Assembly (NCBI GenBank): GCA_964016885.1
Contig: OZ024758.1
Span: 35,712,001 to 35,776,000 of the forward strand
Direction of reading: 5' to 3'
Source: Eledone cirrhosa
Taxonomy: Eukaryota
DNA: 64,000 nucleotides
Shown here piece by piece: positions 12,613-27,600 of the stretch. Under the pieces are notes generated by a model that saw nothing but the letters and a program-made list of their open reading frames with translations, was not told where the DNA came from and made no database searches. Every line of letters starts with the position of its first letter. Positions within the stretch are counted from its first letter, which is position 1. Made by a program: the position numbers and the translations under genes.

Positions 12613-15600
12613 ATGGTACTAGCTGTCAGAAGTAACTCCAATGTTGGTGAGAATTCATTTAAGTTCATGGTATTAGCTGTCAGAAGGAACTCCACTGTTG
12701 GTGAGAATTCATTTAAGTTCATGGTATTAGCTGTCAGAAGTAACTCCACAGTTGGTGAGAATTCATTTAAGTTCATGGTATTAGCTGTCAGAAGTAACTC
12801 CACTGTTGGTGAGAATTCATTTAAGTTCATGGTATTAGCTGTCAGAAGTAACTCCACTGTTGGTGAGAATTCATTTAAAGTTCATGTTATTAGCTGTCAG
12901 AAGTAACTCCACTGTTGGTGAGAATTCATTTAAGTTCATGGTATTAGCTGTCAGAAGGAACTCCAATGTTGGTGAGAATTCATTTAAGTCATGGTACTAG
13001 CTGTCAGAAGTAACTCCACTGTTGGTGAGAATTCATTTAAGTTCATGGTATTAGCTGACAGAAGGAACGCCACTGTTGGTGAGAATTCATTTAAGTTCAT
13101 GGTATTAGCTGTCAGAAGTAACTCCACTGTTGGTGAAAATTCATTTAAGTTCATGGTACTAGCTGTCAGAAGTAACTCCAATGTTGGTGAGAATTCATTT
13201 AAGTTCATGGTATTAGCTGTCAGAAGGAACTCCACTGTTGCTGAGAATTCATTTAAGTTCATGGTATTAGCTGTCAGAAGTAACTCCACTGTTGGTGAGA
13301 ATTCATTTAAGTTCATGGTACTAGCTGTCAGAAGTAACTCCACTGTTGGTGAGAATTCATTTAAGTTCATGGTATTAGCTGTCAGAAGTCACTCCAATGT
13401 TGGTGAGAATTCATTTAAGTTCATGGTATTAGCTGTCAGAAGTCACTCCACTGTTGGTGAGAATTCATTTAAGTTCATGGTACTAGCTGTCCGAAGTAAC
13501 CCCAATGTTGGTGAGAATTCATTTAAGTTCATGGTATTAGCTGTCAGAAGTCACTCCAATGTTGGTGAGAATTCATTTAAGTTCATGGTATTAGCTGTCA
13601 GAAGTAACTCCACTGTTGGTGAGAATTCATTTAAGTTCATGGTATTAGCTGTCAGAAGTAACTCCACTGTTGGTGAGAATTCATTTAAGTTCATGGTATT
13701 AGCTGTCAGAAGTAACTCCACTGTTGGTGAGAATTCATTTAAGTTCAGGGTACTAGCTGTCAGAAGTAACTCCAATGTTGGTGAGAATTCATTTAAGTTC
13801 ATGGTATTAGCTGTCAGAAGGAACTCCACTGTTGGTGAGAATTCATTTAAGTTCATGGTATTAGCTGTCAGAAGTAACTCCACTGTTGGTGAGAATTCAT
13901 TTAAGTCATGGTACTAGCTGTCAGAAGTAACTCCAATGTTGGTGAGAATTCATTTAAGTCATGGTACTAGCTGTCAGAAGTAACTCCAATGTTGGTGAGA
14001 ATTCATTTAAGTTCATGGTATTAGCTGTCAGAAGGAACTCCACTGTTGGTGAGAATTCATTTAAGTTCATGGTATTAGCTGTCAGAAGTAACTCCACAGT
14101 TGGTGAGAATTCATTTAAGTTCATGGTATTAGCTGTCAGAAGTAACTCCACTGTTGGTGAGAATTCATTTAAGTTCATGGTATTAGCTGTCAGAAGTAAC
14201 TCCACTGTTGGTGAGAATTCATTTAAGTTCATGTTATTAGCTGTCAGAAGTAACTCCACTGTTGGTGAGAATTCATTTAAGTTCATGGTATTAGCTGTCA
14301 GAAGGAACTCCAATGTTGGTGAGAATTCATTTAAGTCATGGTACTAGCTGTCAGAAGTAACTCCACTGTTGGTGAGAATTCATTTAAGTTCATGGTATTA
14401 GCTGACAGAAGGAACGCCACTGTTGGTGAGAATTCATTTAAGTTCATGGTATTAGCTGTCAGAAGTAACTCCACTGTTGGTGAAAATTCATTTAAGTTCA
14501 TGGTACTAGCTGTCAGAAGTAACTCCAATGTTGGTGAGAATTCATTTAAGTTCATGGTATTAGCTGTCAGAAGGAACTCCACTGTTGCTGAGAATTCATT
14601 TAAGTTCATGGTATTTGCTGTCAGAAGTAACTCCACTGTTGGTGAGAATTCATTTAAGTTCATGGTACTAGCTGTCAGAAGTAACTCCACTGTTGGTGAG
14701 AATTCATTTAAGTTCATGGTATTAGCTGTCAGAAGTCACTCCAATGTTGGTGAGAATTCATTTAAGTTCATGGTATTAGCTGTCAGAAGTCACTCCACTG
14801 TTGGTGAGAATTCATTTAAGTTCATGGTACTAGCTGTCCGAAGTAACCCCAATGTTGGTGAGAATTCATTTAAGTTCATGGTATTAGCTGTCAGAAGTCA
14901 CTCCAATGTTGGTGAGAATTCATTTAAGTTCATGGTATTAGCTGTCAGAAGTAACTCCACTGTTGGTGAGAATTCATTTAAGTTCATGGTATTAGCTGTC
15001 AGAAGTAACTCCACTGTTGGTGAGAATTCATTTAAGTTCATGGTATTAGCTGTCAGAAGGAACTCCACTGTTGGTGAGAATTCATTTAAGTTCATGGTAC
15101 TAGCTGTCAGAAGTAACTCCACTGTTGGTGAGAATTCATTTAAGTTCATGGTATTAGTTTGTCAGAAGTAACTCCACTGTTGGTGAGAATTCATTTAAGT
15201 CATGGTATTAGTTGTCAGAAGTAACTCCAATGTTGGTGAGAATTCATTTAAGCCATGGTACTAGCTGTAAAAAGTAACTCCACTGTTGGTGAGAGTTCAT
15301 TTAAGTCATGGTATTAGCTGTCAGAAGTAACTCCAATGTTGGTGAGAATTCATTTAAGTTCATGGTATTAGCTGTCAGAAGTAACTCCACTGTTGGTGAG
15401 AATTCATTTAAGTTCATGGTATTAGCTGTCAGAAGTAACTCCACTGTTGGTGAGAATTCATTTAAGTTCATGGTACTAGCTGTCAGAAGTAACTCCACTG
15501 TTGGTGAGAATTCATTTAAGTTCATGGTATTAGTTTGTCAGAAGTAACTCCACTGTTGGTGAGAATTCATTTAAGTCATGGTATTAGTTGTCAGAAGTAA

Positions 15601-18600
15601 CTCCAATGTTGGTGAGAATTCATTTAAGTTCATGGTATTAGCTGTCAGAAGGAACTCCACTGTTGGTGAGAATTCATTTAAGTTCATGGTATTAGCTGTC
15701 AGAAGGAACTCCAATGTTGGTGAGAATTCATTTAAGTCATGGTACTAGCTGTCAGAAGTAACTCCACTGTTGGTGAGAATTCATTTAAGTTCATGGTATT
15801 AGCTGTCAGAAGGAACGCCACTGTTGGTGAGAATTCATTTAAGTTCATGGTATTAGCTGTCAGAAGTAACTCCACTGTTGGTGAGAATTCATTTAAGTTC
15901 ATGGTACTAGCTGTCAGAAGTAACTCCAATGTTGGTGAGAATTCATTTAAGTTCATGGTACTAGCTGTCAGAAGTAATTCCAATGTTGGTGAGAATTCAT
16001 TTAAGTTCATGGTATTAGCTGTCAGAACGAACTCCACTGTTGGTGAGAATTCATTTAAGTTCATGGTATTAGCTGTCAGAAGTAACTCCACTGTTGGTGA
16101 GAATTCATTTAAGTTCAGGGTACTAGCTGTCAGAAGTAACTCCAATGTTGGTGAGAATTCATTTAAGTTCATGGTATTAGCTGTCAGAAGGAACTCCACT
16201 GTTGGTGAGAATTCATTTAAGTTCATGGTATTAGCTGTCAGAAGTAACTCCACTGTTGGTGAGAATTCATTTAAGTCATGGTACTAGCTGTCAGAAGTAA
16301 CTCCAATGTTGGTGAGAATTCATTTAAGTCATGGTACTAGCTGTCAGAAGTAACTCCAATGTTGGTGAGAATTCATTTAAGTTCATGGTATTAGCTGTCA
16401 GAAGGAACTCCACTGTTGGTGAGAATTCATTTAAGTTCATGGTATTAGCTGTCAGAAGTAACTCCACAGTTGGTGAGAATTCATTTAAGTTCATGGTATT
16501 AGCTGTCAGAAGTAACTCCACTGTTGGTGAGAATTCATTTAAGTTCATGGTATTAGCTGTCAGAAGTAACTCCACTGTTGGTGAGAATTCATTTAAGTTC
16601 ATGTTATTAGCTGTCAGAAGTAACTCCACTGTTGGTGAGAATTCATTTAAGTTCATGGTATTAGCTGTCAGAAGGAACTCCAATGTTGGTGAGAATTCAT
16701 TTAAGTCATGGTACTAGCTGTCAGAAGTAACTCCACTGTTGGTGAGAATTCATTTAAGTTCATGGTATTAGCTGACAGAAGGAACGCCACTGTTGGTGAG
16801 AATTCATTTAAGTTCATGGTATTAGCTGTCAGAAGTAACTCCACTGTTGGTGAAAATTCATTTAAGTTCATGGTACTAGCTGTCAGAAGTAACTCCAATG
16901 TTGGTGAGAATTCATTTAAGTTCATGGTATTAGCTGTCAGAAGGAACTCCACTGTTGCTGAGAATTCATTTAAGTTCATGGTATTAGCTGTCAGAAGTAA
17001 CTCCACTGTTGGTGAGAATTCATTTAAGTTCATGGTACTAGCTGTCAGAAGTAACTCCACTGTTGGTGAGAATTCATTTAAGTTCATGGTATTAGCTGTC
17101 AGAAGTCACTCCAATGTTGGTGAGAATTCATTTAAGTTCATGGTATTAGCTGTCAGAAGTCACTCCACTGTTGGTGAGAATTCATTTAAGTTCATGGTAC
17201 TAGCTGTCCGAAGTAACCCCAATGTTGGTGAGAATTCATTTAAGTTCATGGTATTAGCTGTCAGAAGTCACTCCAATGTTGTTGAGAATTCATTTAAGTT
17301 CATGGTATTAGCTGTCAGAAGTAACTCCACTGTTGGTGAGAATTCATTTAAGTTCATGGTATTAGCTGTCAGAAGTAACTCCACTGTTGGTGAGAATTCA
17401 TTTAAGTTCATGGTATTAGCTGTCAGAAGGAACTCCACTGTTGGTGAGAATTCATTTAAGTTCATGGTACTAGCTGTCAGAAGTAACTCCACTGTTGGTG
17501 AGAATTCATTTAAGTTCATGGTATTAGTTTGTCAGAAGTAACTCCACTGTTGGTGAGAATTCATTTAAGTCATGGTATTAGTTGTCAGAAGTAACTCCAA
17601 TGTTGGTGAGAATTCATTTAAGCCATGGTACTAGCTGTAAAAAGTAACTCCACTGTTGGTGAGAGTTCATTTAAGTCATGGTATTAGCTGTCAGAAGTAA
17701 CTCCAATGTTGGTGAGAATTCATTTAAGTTCATGGTATTAGCTGTCAGAAGTAACTCCACTGTTGGTGAGAATTCATTTAAGTTCATGGTATTAGCTGTC
17801 AGAAGTAACTCCACTGTTGGTGAGAATTCATTTAAGTTCATGGTACTAGCTGTCAGAAGTAACTCCACTGTTGGTGAGAATTCATTTAAGTTCATGGTAT
17901 TAGTTTGTCAGAAGTAACTCCACTGTTGGTGAGAATTCATTTAAGTCATGGTATTAGTTGTCAGAAGTAACTCCAATGTTGGTGAGAATTCATTTAAGTT
18001 CATGGTATTAGCTGTCAGAAGGAACTCCACTGTTGGTGAGAATTCATTTAAGTTCATGGTATTAGCTGTCAGAAGGAACTCCAATGTTGGTGAGAATTCA
18101 TTTAAGTCATGGTACTAGCTGTCAGAAGTAACTCCACTGTTGGTGAGAATTCATTTAAGTTCATGGTATTAGCTGTCAGAAGGAACGCCACTGTTGGTGA
18201 GAATTCATTTAAGTTCATGGTATTAGCTGTCAGAAGTAACTCCACTGTTGGTGAGAATTCATTTAAGTTCATGGTACTAGCTGTCAGAAGTAACTCCAAT
18301 GTTGGTGAGAATTCATTTAAGTTCATGGTACTAGCTGTCAGAAGTAATTCCAATGTTGGTGAGAATTCATTTAAGTTCATGGTATTAGCTGTCAGAACGA
18401 ACTCCACTGTTGGTGAGAATTCATTTAAGTTCATGGTATTAGCTGTCAGAAGTAACTCCACTGTTGGTGAGAATTCATTTAAGTTCAGGGTACTAGCTGT
18501 CAGAAGTAACTCCAATGTTGGTGAGAATTCATTTAAGTTCATGGTATTAGCTGTCAGAAGGAACTCCACTGTTGGTGAGAATTCATTTAAGTTCATGGTA

Positions 18601-21600
18601 TTAGCTGTCAGAAGTAACTCCACTGTTGGTGAGAATTCATTTAAGTCATGGTACTAGCTGTCAGAAGTAACTCCAATGTTGGTGAGAATTCATTTAAGTC
18701 ATGGTACTAGCTGTCAGAAGTAACTCCAATGTTGGTGAGAATTCATTTAAGTTCATGGTATTAGCTGTCAGAAGGAACTCCACTGTTGGTGAGAATTCAT
18801 TTAAGTTCATGGTATTAGCTGTCAGAAGTAACTCCACAGTTGGTGAGAATTCATTTAAGTTCATGGTATTAGCTGTCAGAAGTAACTCCACTGTTGGTGA
18901 GAATTCATTTAAGTTCATGGTATTAGCTGTCAGAAGTAACTCCACTGTTGGTGAGAATTCATTTAAGTTCATGTTATTAGCTGTCAGAAGTAACTCCACT
19001 GTTGGTGAGAATTCATTTAAGTTCATGGTATTAGCTGTCAGAAGGAACTCCAATGTTGGTGAGAATTCATTTAAGTCATGGTACTAGCTGTCAGAAGTAA
19101 CTCCACTGTTGGTGAGAATTCATTTAAGTTCATGGTATTAGCTGACAGAAGGAACGCCACTGTTGGTGAGAATTCATTTAAGTTCATGGTATTAGCTGTC
19201 AGAAGTAACTCCACTGTTGGTGAAAATTCATTTAAGTTCATGGTACTAGCTGTCAGAAGTAACTCCAATGTTGGTGAGAATTCATTTAAGTTCATGGTAT
19301 TAGCTGTCAGAAGGAACTCCACTGTTGCTGAGAATTCATTTAAGTTCATGGTATTAGCTGTCAGAAGTAACTCCACTGTTGGTGAGAATTCATTTAAGTT
19401 CATGGTACTAGCTGTCAGAAGTAACTCCACTGTTGGTGAGAATTCATTTAAGTTCATGGTATTAGCTGTCAGAAGTCACTCCAATGTTGGTGAGAATTCA
19501 TTTAAGTTCATGGTATTAGCTGTCAGAAGTAACTCCACTGTTGGTGAGAATTCATTTAAGTTCATGGTATTAGCTGTCAGAAGTAACTCCACTGTTGGTG
19601 AGAATTCATTTAAGTTCATGGTATTAGCTGTCAGAAGGAACTCCACTGTTGGTGAGAATTCATTTAAGTTCATGGTACTAGCTGTCAGAAGTAACTCCAC
19701 TGTTGGTGAGAATTCATTTAAGTTCATGGTATTAGTTTGTCAGAAGTAACTCCACTGTTGGTGAGAATTCATTTAAGTCATGGTATTAGTTGTCAGAAGT
19801 AACTCCAATGTTGGTGAGAATTCATTTAAGCCATGGTACTAGCTGTAAAAAGTAACTCCACTGTTGGTGAGAGTTCATTTAAGTCATGGTATTAGCTGTC
19901 AGAAGTAACTCCAATGTTGGTGAGAATTCATTTAAGTTCATGGTATTAGCTGTCAGAAGTAACTCCACTGTTGGTGAGAATTCATTTAAGTTCATGGTAT
20001 TAGCTGTCAGAAGTAACTCCACTGTTGGTGAGAATTCATTTAAGTTCATGGTACTAGCTGTCAGAAGTAACTCCACTGTTGGTGAGAATTCATTTAAGTT
20101 CATGGTATTAGTTTGTCAGAAGTAACTCCACTGTTGGTGAGAATTCATTTAAGTCATGGTATTAGTTGTCAGAAGTAACTCCACTGTTGGTGAGAATTCA
20201 TTTAAGTTCATGGTACTAGCTGTCAGAAGTAACTCCACTGTTGGTGAGAATTCATTTAAGTTCATGGTATTAGCTGTCAGAAGGAACTCCAATGTTGGTG
20301 AGAATTCATTTAAGTCATGGTACTAGCTGTCAGAAGTAACTCCACTGTTGGTGAGAATTCATTTAAGTTCATGGTATTAGCTGTCAGAAGGAACGCCACT
20401 GTTGGTGAGAATTCATTTAAGTTCATGGTATTAGCTGTCAGAAGTAACTCCACTGTTGGTGAGAATTCATTTAAGTTCATGGTACTAGCTGTCAGAAGTA
20501 ACTCCAATGTTGGTGAGAATTCATTTAAGTTCATGGTACTAGCTGTCAGAAGTAATTCCAATGTTGGTGAGAATTCATTTAAGTTCATGGTATTAGCTGT
20601 CAGAACGAACTCCACTGTTGGTGAGAATTCATTTAAGTTCATGGTATTAGCTGTCAGAAGTAACTCCACTGTTGGTGAGAATTCATTTAAGTTCAGGGTA
20701 CTAGCTGTCAGAAGTAACTCCAATGTTGGTGAGAATTCATTTAAGTTCATGGTATTAGCTGTCAGAAGGAACTCCACTGTTGGTGAGAATTCATTTAAGT
20801 TCATGGTATTAGTTTGTCAGAAGTAACTCCACTGTTGGTGAGAATTCATTTAAGTCATGGTATTAGTTGTCAGAAGTAACTCCAATGTTGGTGAGAATTC
20901 ATTTAAGCCATGGTACTAGCTGTAAAAAGTAACTCCACTGTTGGTGAGAGTTCATTTAAGTCATGGTATTAGCTGTCAGAAGTAACTCCAATGTTGGTGA
21001 GAATTCATTTAAGTTCATGGTATTAGCTGTCAGAAGTAACTCCACTGTTGGTGAGAATTCATTTAAGTTCATGGTATTAGCTGTCAGAAGTAACTCCACT
21101 GTTGGTGAGAATTCATTTAAGTTCATGGTACTAGCTGTCAGAAGTAACTCCACTGTTGGTGAGAATTCATTTAAGTTCATGGTATTAGTTTGTCAGAAGT
21201 AACTCCACTGTTGGTGAGAATTCATTTAAGTCATGGTATTAGTTGTCAGAAGTAACTCCAATGTTGGTGAGAATTCATTTAAGTTCATGGTATTAGCTGT
21301 CAGAAGGAACTCCACTGTTGGTGAGAATTCATTTAAGTTCATGGTATTAGCTGTCAGAAGGAACTCCAATGTTGGTGAGAATTCATTTAAGTCATGGTAC
21401 TAGCTGTCAGAAGTAACTCCACTGTTGGTGAGAATTCATTTAAGTTCATGGTATTAGCTGTCAGAAGGAACGCCACTGTTGGTGAGAATTCATTTAAGTT
21501 CATGGTATTAGCTGTCAGAAGTAACTCCACTGTTGGTGAGAATTCATTTAAGTTCATGGTACTAGCTGTCAGAAGTAACTCCAATGTTGGTGAGAATTCA

Positions 21601-24600
21601 TTTAAGTTCATGGTACTAGCTGTCAGAAGTAATTCCAATGTTGGTGAGAATTCATTTAAGTTCATGGTATTAGCTGTCAGAACGAACTCCACTGTTGGTG
21701 AGAATTCATTTAAGTTCATGGTATTAGCTGTCAGAAGTAACTCCACTGTTGGTGAGAATTCATTTAAGTTCAGGGTACTAGCTGTCAGAAGTAACTCCAA
21801 TGTTGGTGAGAATTCATTTAAGTTCATGGTATTAGCTGTCAGAAGGAACTCCACTGTTGGTGAGAATTCATTTAAGTTCATGGTATTAGCTGTCAGAAGT
21901 AACTCCACTGTTGGTGAGAATTCATTTAAGTCATGGTACTAGCTGTCAGAAGTAACTCCAATGTTGGTGAGAATTCATTTAAGTCATGGTACTAGCTGTC
22001 AGAAGTAACTCCAATGTTGGTGAGAATTCATTTAAGTTCATGGTATTAGCTGTCAGAAGGAACTCCACTGTTGGTGAGAATTCATTTAAGTTCATGGTAT
22101 TAGCTGTCAGAAGTAACTCCACAGTTGGTGAGAATTCATTTAAGTTCATGGTATTAGCTGTCAGAAGTAACTCCACTGTTGGTGAGAATTCATTTAAGTT
22201 CATGGTATTAGCTGTCAGAAGTAACTCCACTGTTGGTGAGAATTCATTTAAGTTCATGTTATTAGCTGTCAGAAGTAACTCCACTGTTGGTGAGAATTCA
22301 TTTAAGTTCATGGTATTAGCTGTCAGAAGGAACTCCAATGTTGGTGAGAATTCATTTAAGTCATGGTACTAGCTGTCAGAAGTAACTCCACTGTTGGTGA
22401 GAATTCATTTAAGTTCATGGTATTAGCTGACAGAAGGAACGCCACTGTTGGTGAGAATTCATTTAAGTTCATGGTATTAGCTGTCAGAAGTAACTCCACT
22501 GTTGGTGAAAATTCATTTAAGTTCATGGTACTAGCTGTCAGAAGTAACTCCAATGTTGGTGAGAATTCATTTAAGTTCATGGTATTAGCTGTCAGAAGGA
22601 ACTCCACTGTTGCTGAGAATTCATTTAAGTTCATGGTATTAGCTGTCAGAAGTAACTCCACTGTTGGTGAGAATTCATTTAAGTTCATGGTACTAGCTGT
22701 CAGAAGTAACTCCACTGTTGGTGAGAATTCATTTAAGTTCATGGTATTAGCTGTCAGAAGTCACTCCAATGTTGGTGAGAATTCATTTAAGTTCATGGTA
22801 TTAGCTGTCAGAAGTAACTCCACTGTTGGTGAGAATTCATTTAAGTTCATGGTATTAGCTGTCAGAAGTAACTCCACTGTTGGTGAGAATTCATTTAAGT
22901 TCATGGTATTAGCTGTCAGAAGGAACTCCACTGTTGGTGAGAATTCATTTAAGTTCATGGTACTAGCTGTCAGAAGTAACTCCACTGTTGGTGAGAATTC
23001 ATTTAAGTTCATGGTATTAGTTTGTCAGAAGTAACTCCACTGTTGGTGAGAATTCATTTAAGTCATGGTATTAGTTGTCAGAAGTAACTCCAATGTTGGT
23101 GAGAATTCATTTAAGCCATGGTACTAGCTGTAAAAAGTAACTCCACTGTTGGTGAGAGTTCATTTAAGTCATGGTATTAGCTGTCAGAAGTAACTCCAAT
23201 GTTGGTGAGAATTCATTTAAGTTCATGGTATTAGCTGTCAGAAGTAACTCCACTGTTGGTGAGAATTCATTTAAGTTCATGGTATTAGCTGTCAGAAGTA
23301 ACTCCACTGTTGGTGAGAATTCATTTAAGTTCATGGTACTAGCTGTCAGAAGTAACTCCACTGTTGGTGAGAATTCATTTAAGTTCATGGTATTAGTTTG
23401 TCAGAAGTAACTCCACTGTTGGTGAGAATTCATTTAAGTCATGGTATTAGTTGTCAGAAGTAACTCCACTGTTGGTGAGAATTCATTTAAGTTCATGGTA
23501 CTAGCTGTCAGAAGTAACTCCACTGTTGGTGAGAATTCATTTAAGTTCATGGTATTAGCTGTCAGAAGGAACTCCAATGTTGGTGAGAATTCATTTAAGT
23601 CATGGTACTAGCTGTCAGAAGTAACTCCACTGTTGGTGAGAATTCATTTAAGTTCATGGTATTAGCTGTCAGAAGGAACGCCACTGTTGGTGAGAATTCA
23701 TTAAGTTCATGGTATTAGCTGTCAGAAGTAACTCCACTGTTGGTGAGAATTCATTTAAGTTCATGGTACTAGCTGTCAGAAGTAACTCCAATGTTGGTGA
23801 GAATTCATTTAAGTTCATGGTACTAGCTGTCAGAAGTAATTCCAATGTTGGTGAGAATTCATTTAAGTTCATGGTATTAGCTGTCAGAACGAACTCCACT
23901 GTTGGTGAGAATTCATTTAAGTTCATGGTATTAGCTGTCAGAAGTAACTCCACTGTTGGTGAGAATTCATTTAAGTTCAGGGTACTAGCTGTCAGAAGTA
24001 ACTCCAATGTTGGTGAGAATTCATTTAAGTTCATGGTATTAGCTGTCAGAAGGAACTCCACTGTTGGTGAGAATTCATTTAAGTTCATGGTATTAGCTGT
24101 CAGAAGTAACTCCACTGTTGGTGAGAATTCATTTAAGTCATGGTACTAGCTGTCAGAAGTAACTCCAATGTTGGTGAGAATTCATTTAAGTCATGGTACT
24201 AGCTGTCAGAAGTAACTCCAATGTTGGTGAGAATTCATTTAAGTTCATGGTATTAGCTGTCAGAAGGAACTCCACTGTTGGTGAGAATTCATTTAAGTTC
24301 ATGGTATTAGCTGTCAGAAGTAACTCCACAGTTGGTGAGAATTCATTTAAGTTCATGGTATTAGCTGTCAGAAGTAACTCCACTGTTGGTGAGAATTCAT
24401 TTAAGTTCATGGTATTAGCTGTCAGAAGTAACTCCACTGTTGGTGAGAATTCATTTAAGTTCATGTTATTAGCTGTCAGAAGTAACTCCACTGTTGGTGA
24501 GAATTCATTTAAGTTCATGGTATTAGCTGTCAGAAGGAACTCCAATGTTGGTGAGAATTCATTTAAGTCATGGTACTAGCTGTCAGAAGTAACTCCACTG

Positions 24601-27600
24601 TTGGTGAGAATTCATTTAAGTTCATGGTATTAGCTGACAGAAGGAACGCCACTGTTGGTGAGAATTCATTTAAGTTCATGGTATTAGCTGTCAGAAGTAA
24701 CTCCACTGTTGGTGAAAATTCATTTAAGTTCATGGTACTAGCTGTCAGAAGTAACTCCAATGTTGGTGAGAATTCATTTAAGTTCATGGTATTAGCTGTC
24801 AGAAGGAACTCCACTGTTGCTGAGAATTCATTTAAGTTCATGGTATTAGCTGTCAGAAGTAACTCCACTGTTGGTGAGAATTCATTTAAGTTCATGGTAC
24901 TAGCTGTCAGAAGTAACTCCACTGTTGGTGAGAATTCATTTAAGTTCATGGTATTAGCTGTCAGAAGTCACTCCAATGTTGGTGAGAATTCATTTAAGTT
25001 CATGGTATTAGCTGTCAGAAGTCACTCCACTGTTGGTGAGAATTCATTTAAGTTCATGGTACTAGCTGTCCGAAGTAACCCCAATGTTGGTGAGAATTCA
25101 TTTAAGTTCATGGTATTAGCTGTCAGAAGTCACTCCAATGTTGGTGAGAATTCATTTAAGTTCATGGTATTAGCTGTCAGAAGTAACTCCACTGTTGGTG
25201 AGAATTCATTTAAGTTCATGGTATTAGCTGTCAGAAGTAACTCCACTGTTGGTGAGAATTCATTTAAGTTCATGGTATTAGCTGTCAGAAGGAACTCCAC
25301 TGTTGGTGAGAATTCATTTAAGTTCATGGTACTAGCTGTCAGAAGTAACTCCACTGTTGGTGAGAATTCATTTAAGTTCATGGTATTAGTTTGTCAGAAG
25401 TAACTCCACTGTTGGTGAGAATTCATTTAAGTCATGGTATTAGTTGTCAGAAGTAACTCCAATGTTGGTGAGAATTCATTTAAGCCATGGTACTAGCTGT
25501 AAAAAGTAACTCCACTGTTGGTGAGAGTTCATTTAAGTCATGGTATTAGCTGTCAGAAGTAACTCCAATGTTGGTGAGAATTCATTTAAGTTCATGGTAT
25601 TAGCTGTCAGAAGTAACTCCACTGTTGGTGAGAATTCATTTAAGTTCATGGTATTAGCTGTCAGAAGTAACTCCACTGTTGGTGAGAATTCATTTAAGTT
25701 CATGGTACTAGCTGTCAGAAGTAACTCCACTGTTGGTGAGAATTCATTTAAGTTCATGGTATTAGTTTGTCAGGAGTAACTACACTGTTGGTGAGAATTC
25801 ATTTAAGTCATGGTATTAGTTGTCAGAAGTAACTCCAATGTTGGTGAGAATTCATTTAAGTTCATGGTATTAGCTGTCAGAAGGAACTCCACTGTTGGTG
25901 AGAATTCATTTAAGTTCATGGTATTAGCTGTCAGAAGGAACTCCAATGTTGGTGAGAATTCATTTAAGTCATGGTACTAGCTGTCAGAAGTAACTCCACT
26001 GTTGGTGAGAATTCATTTAAGTTCATGGTATTAGCTGTCAGAAGGAACGCCACTGTTGGTGAGAATTCATTTAAGTTCATGGTATTAGCTGTCAGAAGTA
26101 ACTCCACTGTTGGTGAGAATTCATTTAAGTTCATGGTACTAGCTGTCAGAAGTAATTCCAATGTTGGTGAGAATTCATTTAAGTTCATGGTATTAGCTGT
26201 CAGAACGAACTCCACTGTTGGTGAGAATTCATTTAAGTTCATGGTATTAGCTGTCAGAAGTAACTCCACTGTTGGTGAGAATTCATTTAAGTTCAGGGTA
26301 CTAGCTGTCAGAAGTAACTCCAATGTTGGTGAGAATTCATTTAAGTTCATGGTATTAGCTGTCAGAAGGAACTCCACTGTTGGTGAGAATTCATTTAAGT
26401 TCATGGTATTAGCTGTCAGAAGTAACTCCACTGTTGGTGAGAATTCATTTAAGTCATGGTACTAGCTGTCAGAAGTAACTCCAATGTTGGTGAGAATTCA
26501 TTTAAGTCATGGTACTAGCTGTCAGAAGTAACTCCAATGTTGGTGAGAATTCATTTAAGTTCATGGTATTAGCTGTCAGAAGGAACTCCACTGTTGGTGA
26601 GAATTCATTTAAGTTCATGGTATTAGCTGTCAGAAGTAACTCCACAGTTGGTGAGAATTCATTTAAGTTCATGGTATTAGCTGTCAGAAGTAACTCCACT
26701 GTTGGTGAGAATTCATTTAAGTTCATGGTATTAGCTGTCAGAAGTAACTCCACTGTTGGTGAGAATTCATTTAAGTTCATGTTATTAGCTGTCAGAAGTA
26801 ACTCCACTGTTGGTGAGAATTCATTTAAGTTCATGGTATTAGCTGTCAGAAGGAACTCCAATGTTGGTGAGAATTCATTTAAGTCATGGTACTAGCTGTC
26901 AGAAGTAACTCCACTGTTGGTGAGAATTCATTTAAGTTCATGGTATTAGCTGACAGAAGGAACGCCACTGTTGGTGAGAATTCATTTAAGTTCATGGTAT
27001 TAGCTGTCAGAAGTAACTCCACTGTTGGTGAAAATTCATTTAAGTTCATGGTACTAGCTGTCAGAAGTAACTCCAATGTTGGTGAGAATTCATTTAAGTT
27101 CATGGTATTAGCTGTCAGAAGGAACTCCACTGTTGCTGAGAATTCATTTAAGTTCATGGTATTAGCTGTCAGAAGTAACTCCACTGTTGGTGAGAATTCA
27201 TTTAAGTTCATGGTACTAGCTGTCAGAAGTAACTCCACTGTTGGGGAGAATTCATTTAAGTTCATGGTATTAGCTGTCAGAAGTCACTCCAATGTTGGTG
27301 AGAATTCATTTAAGTTCATGGTATTAGCTGTCAGAAGTCACTCCACTGTTGGTGAGAATTCATTTAAGTTCATGGTACTAGCTGTCCGAAGTAACCCCAA
27401 TGTTGGTGAGAATTCATTTAAGTTCATGGTATTAGCTGTCAGAAGTCACTCCAATGTTGGTGAGAATTCATTTAAGTTCATGGTATTAGCTGTCAGAAGT
27501 AACTCCACTGTTGGTGAGAATTCATTTAAGTTCATGGTATTAGCTGTCAGAAGTAACTCCACTGTTGGTGAGAATTCATTTAAGTTCATGGTATTAGCTG

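Noticed and set aside
12871-12883. Single extra A (TTTAAAGTTC), giving a unique ORF ending KVHVISCQK
   Set aside because: This is a singleton homopolymer indel absent from homologous copies (for example near 14221 and 16591), most likely a sequencing or consensus error.
23695-23708. Single missing T (TTCATTAAG), giving a unique minus-strand ORF tail
   Set aside because: This is a singleton homopolymer indel absent from sister units, probably a read error or private mutation with no functional meaning.
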